From positions 13,841 through 77,840 of the forward strand of contig CAYWUE010000001.1 in the NCBI GenBank assembly GCA_964461415.1: 64,000 nt of DNA, written 5' to 3'. The stretch comes from an uncultured Eubacterium sp. (GTDB taxonomy: Bacteria; Bacillota; Clostridia; Lachnospirales; Lachnospiraceae). Below, piece by piece: positions 21,002 through 29,416 of the stretch; position 1 is the stretch's first letter; every line of letters begins with the position of its first letter. The position numbers and the translations under genes are program-made. The notes under the pieces are model-generated. The model had not been told where the DNA came from, made no database searches, and worked only from the letters and a program-made list of their open reading frames with translations.

Positions 21002-21715
21002 ATGTTTTGTAAAGAATGTGGAAAGTACATACAGGAAGGACAGAATTTTTGTCCTACATGTGGTGCTGCTGTTGAGGAAAATGATGACGCTACAAAAATC
21101 ATACCCAATTTAGACGGTTTAGAAGATGAAGAAACAATAGAAAAGATTAACGATAGCGATTTTTTAGATGAAATCGAATATTTAGAAGAGGGAATCGAAG
21201 GCTTTGATTTTTTAGAAGACGAAGTGTCAGAATTTGCTTTTGAAGATGATGAAGAATTAGAAAATGATGAGGATACACCTATAGACAAGGATATGATAAC
21301 AAATCCGAACAATAAGATGAATATTATTGCAATAGTCGTAGCGGTATCTGTGGTTCTTGTTATTGTTATTGTTGCGGTTATTTTAAATTTGACTTTTGGA
21401 AAAAATAAAAGCGATGAAGTGGAAACTACTGCAGCTGTAGAGACAACATTGTTTGATGAAAATGAAACAACTGAATATACAACTAGCGAATATGACGAAG
21501 ATGAAACAACTGAAGAGGAGACAACTACTAAGAAAGAAAAAACTACTACTAAGAAAGAAAAGGTTACAACTGAAAAGATAACACAGGCACCTATGACAAC
21601 AGCTGCACCAACAATTACGCCTGCACCAACACAGTCTACAACTGCACCGGCAGAAACTAAAGCACCGGAAACGCAGCCACAGGAAGATGGCTTAGAAGAA
21701 GAGCAGGCAGAATAA
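21002..21715 (+). CDS. Zinc-ribbon domain membrane protein with acidic linker and Thr/Pro/Glu-rich external tail
   Basis: CKECG...FCPTCG; one TM helix; low-complexity C-terminus. Confidence 0.75.
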   Translation: MFCKECGKYIQEGQNFCPTCGAAVEENDDATKIIPNLDGLEDEETIEKINDSDFLDEIEYLEEGIEGFDFLEDEVSEFAFEDDEELENDEDTPIDKDMITNPNNKMNIIAIVVAVSVVLVIVIVAVILNLTFGKNKSDEVETTAAVETTLFDENETTEYTTSEYDEDETTEEETTTKKEKTTTKKEKVTTEKITQAPMTTAAPTITPAPTQSTTAPAETKAPETQPQEDGLEEEQAE

Positions 21716-21720
21716 TAACA

Positions 21721-21759
21721 AACAAAAAACGATATGATTCATATCGTTTTTTGTTTTTT
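21721..21759 (+). terminator. Intrinsic terminator
   Basis: AACAAAAAACGATATGA/TCATATCGTTTTTTGTT followed by a T run. Confidence 0.75.
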
Positions 21760-21876
21760 GCATAATAGGAAATTACTCTGAATTTCCTATTATATAAAAA
21801 CGATCCACTGTGGATGCGAAACTTATGGAAAAGTAGTTATGCATACGTATTCGTTCGCACACAAAGTGCTACTTTG
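21760..21876. repeat. Palindrome-rich intergenic element (REP/MITE-like)
   Basis: 13-bp hairpin ATAATAGGAAATT/AATTTCCTATTAT, then ATCCAC-T-GTGGAT, then AAAGTAG...CTACTTT. Confidence 0.4.
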
Positions 21877-22068
21877 TTCTTTTAGATATTAAAAAGTACA
21901 TTCTTGTATAATAAGACGATAATAAAAAATAATTTCATGGAGCTTTTATGGTTACATTATTTTGAGAATTAACAATAATTTGGCAGAAAATAAGGTATTT
22001 CCTTTTTTATCATAATTTAGTATAATGATGTGGTACAGTGAAATATATATTGGACAGGAGATAAAATT

Positions 22069-24012
22069 ATGGACAACAAAAAAGAATTTAAGCCATATAT
22101 TTCTGCCGACAGAGTTGTACCTGAATTTACAGTAATGTCTGTTGTTTTGGGTATTATTCTTGCAGTAGTATTTGGTGCAGCCAACGCTTACTTAGGATTA
22201 AGAGTTGGTATGACTGTGTCAGCTTCAATTCCAGCGGCAGTTATTTCAATGGGAGTTATTCGTGTAATTTTAAAGAGAGACTCTATCCTTGAAAACAATA
22301 TGGTACAGACTATTGGTTCAGCGGGAGAATCTTTAGCAGCAGGTGCCATCTTTACAATTCCTGCAATTTTTATTTGGGCATCAGAAGGTGTTGAAGGAAT
22401 TGGAACACCGTCATTTATTTCAGTTGCCTTAATCGCTCTTTGCGGTGGTATACTTGGAACACTTTTTATGGTACCACTTCGTACAGCATTAATTGTTGAA
22501 GAACATGGTATACTTCCATATCCGGAAGGAATGGCTTGTGCAGAAGTTCTTTTAGCAGGAGAAGAAGGCGGAAGCAAATCTAAAGTTGTATTTTCAGGTC
22601 TTGGAATTGCAGCGCTTTATAAATTTGTAACTGATGGTTTAAAACTCTTCCCAAGTGAAGTTGATTTTTCAATGCAGGGTAGTTATACAACAGCTGTAGG
22701 TATGGATGTTCTTCCGGCTTTAGCAGGTGTTGGATATATTTGTGGAGCTAGAATTTCAAGCTATCTTTTTGCAGGTGGTACATTATCATATCTTGTATTA
22801 ATACCTGCTATAGCATATTTTGGCGGAGATGCAGCATCTAAAGTTGTTGATGATGCAGGACAGGCTATTGCATTTAATCAGTTAGGAGCAGGTCAGATTT
22901 GGAGTAACTATGTAAGATATATTGGAGCAGGTGCTGTTGCTGCAGGTGGTTTACTTAGCTTGATTAAGACATTCCCTACAATGGTAAAGACATTTAAGCA
23001 TGCTATTAAGGGATTTGGTAAGAAAGGTAACAGCCAGTTAAGAACAGAGAGAGATATTTCAATGGTAGCAGTTTTAGGTGGTTCACTTGTTATTGCTGTA
23101 TTAATCTGGTTACTTCCTGAAATTCCAGTTAGCTTCTTAGGAGCACTTATCATTGTTATATTTGGTTTCTTCTTTGCAACAGTATCATCAAGAATGGTTG
23201 GTATTGTAGGAAGTAGTAATAACCCTGTATCAGGTATGGCAATTGCAACACTTATTTTTACAACAATTATTTTGAAAGCTACAGGAACTACAGGTGCTAC
23301 AGGCATGGTTTCAGCTATTTCTATAGGAACAGTTATTTGTATCATTGCTGCTATGGCAGGTGATACATCACAGGACTTAAAGACAGGATATATTGTTGGT
23401 GCTACACCTAGATTACAGCAGATTGGTGAATTGTTAGGTGCCATTGCTGCAGCTCTTGCAATTGGAGGAGTTATGTATCTTCTTAATGCTGCATGGGGAT
23501 TTGGTTCAGAACAGATTCCTGCACCACAGGCTACACTTATGAAGATGGTAGTTGAAGGTGTTATGGGTGGAACATTACCTTGGGTATTAATATTCATGGG
23601 AGCATTTATTGCTATCGTTGTTGAAATCCTTGGAATTCCTGTATTGGCATTTTCTATTGGTCTTTATTTACCAATTCACTTAAGCGCACCAATGATGGTT
23701 GGTGGTGTTGTTAGATGGTTTATTGATAATAAGAGAAAATATGCAAATGATAAAGAAAGAAAGGATGCAGCTGAGCGTGGAACATTATTCTCAGCAGGTA
23801 TGATTGCCGGTGAGGGTATTGTAGGTATTCTTCTTGCTATATTTGCAGTAGTTGGACTTGACTCAAAAATCGATTTATCATCAGTATATGGTGATTCATT
23901 CCAGTCAGTTGGAAACTGGGTTGGATTAATTGCATTTGCATTATTACTTGCAGCATTATTCTTCTTTACAAGAGGAAATAAAACAGTAGAAGTAGATGCA
24001 GAAACAAAATAA
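22069..24012 (+). CDS. OPT family oligopeptide transporter
   Basis: NAYLGLRVGMTVSASIPAAV, ENNMVQTIGSAGES, YPEG, SNNPVSG and QDLKTG motifs. Confidence 0.93.
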   Translation: MDNKKEFKPYISADRVVPEFTVMSVVLGIILAVVFGAANAYLGLRVGMTVSASIPAAVISMGVIRVILKRDSILENNMVQTIGSAGESLAAGAIFTIPAIFIWASEGVEGIGTPSFISVALIALCGGILGTLFMVPLRTALIVEEHGILPYPEGMACAEVLLAGEEGGSKSKVVFSGLGIAALYKFVTDGLKLFPSEVDFSMQGSYTTAVGMDVLPALAGVGYICGARISSYLFAGGTLSYLVLIPAIAYFGGDAASKVVDDAGQAIAFNQLGAGQIWSNYVRYIGAGAVAAGGLLSLIKTFPTMVKTFKHAIKGFGKKGNSQLRTERDISMVAVLGGSLVIAVLIWLLPEIPVSFLGALIIVIFGFFFATVSSRMVGIVGSSNNPVSGMAIATLIFTTIILKATGTTGATGMVSAISIGTVICIIAAMAGDTSQDLKTGYIVGATPRLQQIGELLGAIAAALAIGGVMYLLNAAWGFGSEQIPAPQATLMKMVVEGVMGGTLPWVLIFMGAFIAIVVEILGIPVLAFSIGLYLPIHLSAPMMVGGVVRWFIDNKRKYANDKERKDAAERGTLFSAGMIAGEGIVGILLAIFAVVGLDSKIDLSSVYGDSFQSVGNWVGLIAFALLLAALFFFTRGNKTVEVDAETK

Positions 24013-24115
24013 AAAATAAAGTTAAATATGTATTTCAGTGAGGAGAGAGCACTGCTGCTGTTTGGCAGTAGTGCTTTCTAAATAAAAAAATATACAAAAT
24101 TTATAAGATATTAGA

Positions 24116-24463
24116 ATGGAGAATTCTGTGAAAGAAAAAAAGAATTATATAGACAATATTCCAGAAATTAATAATATAGATTGGAAAGTGCTAGAAGATG
24201 GAATAGTTGAATTGACAATAGAAAATACAGGTTTCTATAATACCATTGCACAGAAATTGTTAAAAAAACCAAGATATAGTTTTATAAAACTAGATGAATA
24301 TGGAAGTTTTGTGTGGCAGAATATTGATGGGAAAAAATCTATTTACGAGATAGGTAAAGAATTAGGTGAAAATCATAAGGAGGCAGCTACACAGTTATAC
24401 GAAAGACTTTCAAGATATTTCTCAATATTAGAAAGAAATAAGTATGTGATTTTTAAAAAATAA
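24116..24463 (+). CDS. PqqD-family (RRE-like) protein
   Basis: IKLDEYGSFVWQNIDGKKSIYEIG...F..L....Y winged-helix pattern typical of PqqD. Confidence 0.75.
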   Translation: MENSVKEKKNYIDNIPEINNIDWKVLEDGIVELTIENTGFYNTIAQKLLKKPRYSFIKLDEYGSFVWQNIDGKKSIYEIGKELGENHKEAATQLYERLSRYFSILERNKYVIFKK

Positions 24464-24528
24464 TATTAATATATTGAATGTAGTGTCAGGTGACCTATGA
24501 AAATAAGTCGAATTATAAAGGAACAAAA

Positions 24529-24876
24529 ATGAAAACATCAACAATAATAATGGGAATAGTTTTTTTTGCCATTGCGACCATGATAATATATGCGTGGGGT
24601 ATGGTAAAACAAAAAAATCAGACACAAGACCTTATGAATCTGCTTTTTAGCAAGGGACAGGATAGGGTGAAAAAATATTTGAAAAAGAATGAATATATTA
24701 CAATTTCGCAGGTGGAAGAGATTTGTGAAAATCTTGATGCAAAGCAGCCTTTTTCACAGAATAGAGCGGTAGTACGTAATAAAAAGGATTATGCAAGACA
24801 GCTTGTTGAATATATGTTAAAAACTAATCAGATTGAACAGGAAGGAAATCGCTACAAAATACATAAAAAGAAGTAG
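24529..24876 (+). CDS. Hypothetical single-TM membrane protein
   Basis: N-terminal TM followed by a basic helical, wHTH-like C-terminus. Confidence 0.6.
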   Translation: MKTSTIIMGIVFFAIATMIIYAWGMVKQKNQTQDLMNLLFSKGQDRVKKYLKKNEYITISQVEEICENLDAKQPFSQNRAVVRNKKDYARQLVEYMLKTNQIEQEGNRYKIHKKK

Positions 24877-24915
24877 CGTTAATATAAGTAAAGTATAGAG
24901 AAGGAGGACTGTTTT

Positions 24916-26367
24916 ATGGCAGTTTTAGCAGAATTAGAGCCAAATAATGTATTTAAATATTTTGAAGAAATTTGCTCAACACCTCATGGTTCGGGCAATG
25001 TAAAACAGATTAGCGACTATATTGTAGAATTCGCAAAGTCACATAACTTAAAATACAGACAGGATGAAAAGTTTAATGTAATTATATGGAAAGAAGGTTC
25101 AGAAGGATATGAAAAATCTGAGCCGGTGATTCTTCAGGGACATATTGATATGGTTGCTGTAAAAGAAAGCAACTGTGATAAGGATTTAGAAAAAGATGGA
25201 TTAGACTTAGAAATAAATGGAGATTTTATTTCTGCTAAGGGTACATCTTTAGGTGGCGATGATGGTATTGCAGTGGCATACACGCTGGCAGTTTTAGATG
25301 ATGAAAACCTGGTACATCCACCACTTGAAGCCATTTTTACGGTTGATGAAGAAATCGGAATGTTAGGTGCAGCTGACCTTGATGTGTCAGATATAAAGGG
25401 ACGTTTGTTTATGAATATGGATTCGGAAGATGAAGGCGTATTTACTGTAAGCTGTGCAGGTGGTGCGTCAGTCACATGCAAAATTCCTTACAAGAGAGAT
25501 TTGGTAAATGCACCTATTATAGAAATAAAATTAGATGGTTTTACAGGTGGACACTCTGGCGTTGAAATTATAAAAGGCAGACTAAATGCTAACTGTGCAA
25601 TGGGAAGAGTTCTTCTTAATGTATTCCAGAATGTTGGTATGAGATTAGTGTCTGTTAATGGTGGTGAAAAAGATAATGCCATTGCAAAATTCAGTGAAGC
25701 AGCAATTGTTGTGTTGCCTGACTCAGTAGACAAGGCAAAAGAAATTATAGAAAAAACTTTTGCAGAAATTAAAGAAGAATACAAGGTGACAGATCCTGAT
25801 GCAACATTAACACTTAATGTACGCAAGGAGGACATGGTTGATGCATTTACTGATGCTGCTACATTGGCAACAATAATTACTATGGTAAATATGCCGGATG
25901 GTGTTCAAAAAATGAATCCTGAGATAGAGGGATTAGTTCAGACATCGCTTAATATGGGAGTTTTGAGAACAGATGTGACGGAAGTAAAATTAACATATGC
26001 AGTAAGAAGTTCAAGTGAAACAGAAAAGCAGTATCTGATTGAAAAATTAAAATCATTAACAGAAATATTCGGTGGAAGTGTAGAAATTACAGGACCATAT
26101 CCGGGCTGGGAATATAAGTCGGATTCAAGATTGCGTGAAGTTATTGTGGGTGTATATAAAGAATTATATGACGGAAAAGAACCTGTTGTTGAGGGCATTC
26201 ATGCAGGATTAGAATGTGGAATTTTTGCTTCAAAATTACCGGGACTTGATGCAGTTTCATTTGGTCCACAGATGAAAAATATCCACACAACTAATGAAGA
26301 ATTAAGTATATCATCAACTAAGAGAACGTGGGATTTGGTAGTAAAAACTTTAGAAGCATTAAAATAA
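24916..26367 (+). CDS. pepD: Aminoacyl-histidine dipeptidase (M20C)
   Basis: LQGHIDMV, LGGDDG, DEEIGM, GGHSG and IHAGLECG motifs. Confidence 0.93.
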   Translation: MAVLAELEPNNVFKYFEEICSTPHGSGNVKQISDYIVEFAKSHNLKYRQDEKFNVIIWKEGSEGYEKSEPVILQGHIDMVAVKESNCDKDLEKDGLDLEINGDFISAKGTSLGGDDGIAVAYTLAVLDDENLVHPPLEAIFTVDEEIGMLGAADLDVSDIKGRLFMNMDSEDEGVFTVSCAGGASVTCKIPYKRDLVNAPIIEIKLDGFTGGHSGVEIIKGRLNANCAMGRVLLNVFQNVGMRLVSVNGGEKDNAIAKFSEAAIVVLPDSVDKAKEIIEKTFAEIKEEYKVTDPDATLTLNVRKEDMVDAFTDAATLATIITMVNMPDGVQKMNPEIEGLVQTSLNMGVLRTDVTEVKLTYAVRSSSETEKQYLIEKLKSLTEIFGGSVEITGPYPGWEYKSDSRLREVIVGVYKELYDGKEPVVEGIHAGLECGIFASKLPGLDAVSFGPQMKNIHTTNEELSISSTKRTWDLVVKTLEALK

Positions 26368-26386
26368 ACTTTAATTATAATTAAAA

Positions 26387-26426
26387 TAAAAGGCACAGTC
26401 TGCTTAATATGGACTGTGTCTTTTAT
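26387..26426 (+). terminator. Intrinsic terminator
   Basis: AAAAGGCACAGTC/GACTGTGTCTTTT. Confidence 0.75.
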
Positions 26427-26454
26427 AGTGGAAATGGCTTCGTGAAAATGTATT

Positions 26455-26493
26455 TACAACTGTCTTGTCAGTTGAAAAAGTTTATGTTATACT
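26455..26493 (+). promoter_or_regulatory. NiaR operator overlapping the -35 of the nadB promoter
   Basis: Palindrome TACAACTGTCTTGTCAGTTGAAA resembles the Firmicutes NiaR box; promoter TTGTCA-17-TATACT with extended TG. Confidence 0.75.
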
Positions 26494-26528
26494 ATGGAAC
26501 AATGCGAAAAGCAACATTGGAGGAAAAA

Positions 26529-27830
26529 ATGCAAACAGATATTTTGATTGTAGGAAGCGGCTGTGCAGGACTATACTGTACACTTAACCTATCAAAAGAT
26601 AAAAAAATATTAATGATTACCAAAGATATAGTGGAACATAGCGACTCATATCTGGCACAGGGCGGCATGTGTATGCTAAGAGATTCGGATGATTTTGACA
26701 GTTATTTTTATGACACCATGAAGGCAGGACATTTTGAAAATGATACTGCAGCAGTAGAATGTATGATAAAAGAATCACCGGATTTGGTAAAAGACCTATT
26801 AAAATATGGTGTAGATTTTCAAAAGGATGAAAATGGAGAGCTGGCATTTACAAGAGAAGGTGCTCATGCCAGAAATCGAATTGTCTACCATAAGGATATA
26901 ACAGGAAGAGAGATTACAAGTCATCTGTATGAACAGTGTAAAAAACTGAATAATCTTACTATAAAAGAACATTGGACTATGGTAGATTTGCTCACAGAGA
27001 ATAATCGTTGTTATGGTATTGTAGTTAGAAAAGATGATGGAAGTCTTGATACGATTACCGCCAATTATACTGTTTTGGCATGTGGAGGAATTGGCGGAAT
27101 ATATAGATATTCAACAAACTACAGGCATTTGACAGGTGACGGAATAGCGGTTGCCATAAAACATGGAGTGGAATTAAAAAATGTGAATTATATTCAAATT
27201 CACCCTACTACTTTTTGCTCGGAAAAAGAGGAAGAGAGAAGCTTTTTGATTTCTGAATCTGTAAGAGGAGAAGGAGCACAACTTTATAATGCAAAAAAAG
27301 AAAGATTTACGGATGAACTACTGCCAAGAGACATTTTAACAAAGAATATTAAGGAAGAAATGGAAAAAGAGGGTAGCGAGCATGTTTGGTTGTCAATGGA
27401 CCCTATAGAGCCTAATCAGTTAGAAGAACATTTTCCTAATATTGTTAAGCACTGCAAGAATCATGGATACAATGTACCAAAAGAAATGATACCGGTTGTT
27501 CCTGCACAGCATTATTTTATGGGTGGAATTAAAGTAAATCTACAAAGCAAAACTTCGATGGAACAGTTGTATGCCATAGGAGAAACTGCATGCAATGGCG
27601 TTCATGGACGCAATAGACTTGCAAGCAATTCGTTGCTTGAGAGCATGGTTTTTGCAAAACGTGCAGCTTTAGAAATGACTAAAGAGTTTTCAAAAACTCA
27701 GATTAAGGAATTTGAAAATGTAGATTTTACACCTTATGAAAACAAGGAAAAGTTAGAAAAAGAATATAAAAAGTTAATTAAAGATGAAATTAAAAAAGAA
27801 AATGATAAAACCAATGAGGGAGGAAAATAA
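26529..27830 (+). CDS. nadB: L-aspartate oxidase
   Basis: IVGSGCAG, SYLAQGG, QIHPT, LISESVRGEG, HYFMGG and GVHGRNRLASNSLLE motifs. Confidence 0.93.
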   Translation: MQTDILIVGSGCAGLYCTLNLSKDKKILMITKDIVEHSDSYLAQGGMCMLRDSDDFDSYFYDTMKAGHFENDTAAVECMIKESPDLVKDLLKYGVDFQKDENGELAFTREGAHARNRIVYHKDITGREITSHLYEQCKKLNNLTIKEHWTMVDLLTENNRCYGIVVRKDDGSLDTITANYTVLACGGIGGIYRYSTNYRHLTGDGIAVAIKHGVELKNVNYIQIHPTTFCSEKEEERSFLISESVRGEGAQLYNAKKERFTDELLPRDILTKNIKEEMEKEGSEHVWLSMDPIEPNQLEEHFPNIVKHCKNHGYNVPKEMIPVVPAQHYFMGGIKVNLQSKTSMEQLYAIGETACNGVHGRNRLASNSLLESMVFAKRAALEMTKEFSKTQIKEFENVDFTPYENKEKLEKEYKKLIKDEIKKENDKTNEGGK

Positions 27831-27831
27831 G

Positions 27832-28686
27832 ATGTTTGATCCAATTACACTAAAATTAACGGTAGACCCACTTATTTTAGGCGCATTAAAGGAAGATGTT
27901 ACAAGTGAGGATGTAACAACAAATTCAGTTATGAGAGAGGCATGTTTAGGCCAGGTAGACCTTATATGTAAAGAAGACGGAGTGATCTGCGGACTTCAGG
28001 TTTTTGCGAGATCATTTGAATTGCTAGATGAAAATATGGAAGTAGAATTGTTTGTAAATGATGGCGACCAGGTTAAAAAAGGTCAGTTAATGGGAACCGT
28101 TAAAGGTGATATTAGAATTCTTCTAGTAGGAGAGAGAACCGGACTTAATTATCTTCAAAGAATGAGCGGTATTGCAACTTATACTAATTCTATAGCAAAA
28201 TTATTAGAAGGAAGTAAAACAAAACTTTTAGATACAAGAAAGACAACGCCAAATAACCGTATATTTGAAAAATATGCTGTACGCGTAGGTGGAGGTAATA
28301 ACCATAGATACAATTTGACAGATGGTGTCTTACTTAAAGATAACCATATTGGAGCTGCTGGAAGCGTTGAAAAAGCAATACAAATGGCAAAGGATTATGC
28401 GCCATTTGTAAGAAAAATTGAAATTGAAGTGGAAAATCTAGATATGGTGCGTGAAGCTGTAAATGCCGGTGCAGACATTATTATGTTAGATAATATGAGC
28501 CATGATGAAATGAAAGAAGCTATAGAAATAATTGATGGCAGAGCTGAAATTGAAGTTTCAGGTAATGTTACAAAGGAAAATATTTCAAGATTAATTGATT
28601 TAGGTGTAGATTTTATATCAAGTGGCGCATTAACACATTCAGCACCTATTATGGACATCTCATTAAAAAATCTTCATAGAATTTAA
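27832..28686 (+). CDS. nadC: Quinolinate phosphoribosyltransferase
   Basis: DTRKTTP, HRYNL, LKDNH and IMLDNM motifs. Confidence 0.95.
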   Translation: MFDPITLKLTVDPLILGALKEDVTSEDVTTNSVMREACLGQVDLICKEDGVICGLQVFARSFELLDENMEVELFVNDGDQVKKGQLMGTVKGDIRILLVGERTGLNYLQRMSGIATYTNSIAKLLEGSKTKLLDTRKTTPNNRIFEKYAVRVGGGNNHRYNLTDGVLLKDNHIGAAGSVEKAIQMAKDYAPFVRKIEIEVENLDMVREAVNAGADIIMLDNMSHDEMKEAIEIIDGRAEIEVSGNVTKENISRLIDLGVDFISSGALTHSAPIMDISLKNLHRI

Positions 28687-28697
28687 CGAGGTGAAAA

Positions 28698-29252
28698 ATG
28701 GGCGGAGAAAAAAGAAGAGAGAATTTATTAAAAATTTTACAGGAAAGTGATTGTGCAGTTTCAGGCACAAAATTAGCTGAAAAGTTTCAGGTAAGCCGTC
28801 AGATTATAGTCCAGGATATCGCATTACTTCGCGCAAAAAAATATAATATAATTTCAACTCACAAAGGGTACATTCTTCATGACAAAGGTAATATACAGCG
28901 AGTTTTTAAAGTAAAACACAGTGCAGAAAAAATGTTGGATGAGCTTAATATAATTGTGGATTGTGGTGGAAAAATAGAAGATGTATTTGTATACCACAAA
29001 CTTTATGGAGTTGTTCGTGTTGAAATGAACATAAAATCCAGAATGGATGCAAAAAAATATGTGGACGGTATAAACGGAGGAGTGTCAGTTCCGCTAGAAC
29101 AGGTGACGAGTGAATATCATTATCATACAGTGACAGCAGACAGTATCGAAACTTTAAATATAATTCAAAAAGAGCTTCAAAACCAGGGCTACCTTGTTGC
29201 TTTAAGAGACTATGAACCTGTGGATTTTTGGAGTAATACAGAGGCAGACTAA
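28698..29252 (+). CDS. niaR: Niacin-responsive repressor (HTH_11 + 3H domain)
   Basis: VSRQIIVQDIALLRA HTH; VYHKLYG and HYHT 3H motifs. Confidence 0.9.
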   Translation: MGGEKRRENLLKILQESDCAVSGTKLAEKFQVSRQIIVQDIALLRAKKYNIISTHKGYILHDKGNIQRVFKVKHSAEKMLDELNIIVDCGGKIEDVFVYHKLYGVVRVEMNIKSRMDAKKYVDGINGGVSVPLEQVTSEYHYHTVTADSIETLNIIQKELQNQGYLVALRDYEPVDFWSNTEAD

Positions 29253-29416
29253 TTTAGAAAATAAAAAACGTTAAAAGTTCAAAGTTTTTTTATTAAAAAT
29301 TCACATTATTTATAGGGGATATGGTATATTATTAGAGTTAGTAAATTTTGTATTCTATAAGCAAGTCATACACTTGAAATTCAAAACTTTATACTTAACA
29401 TAGAAAGGAAAAACTG

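Noticed and set aside
22908-23597. Long antisense ORFs (also 30016-30624, 34628-35221, 53032-53535 and others)
   Set aside because: Shadow frames opposite well-supported genes; no motifs or RBS.
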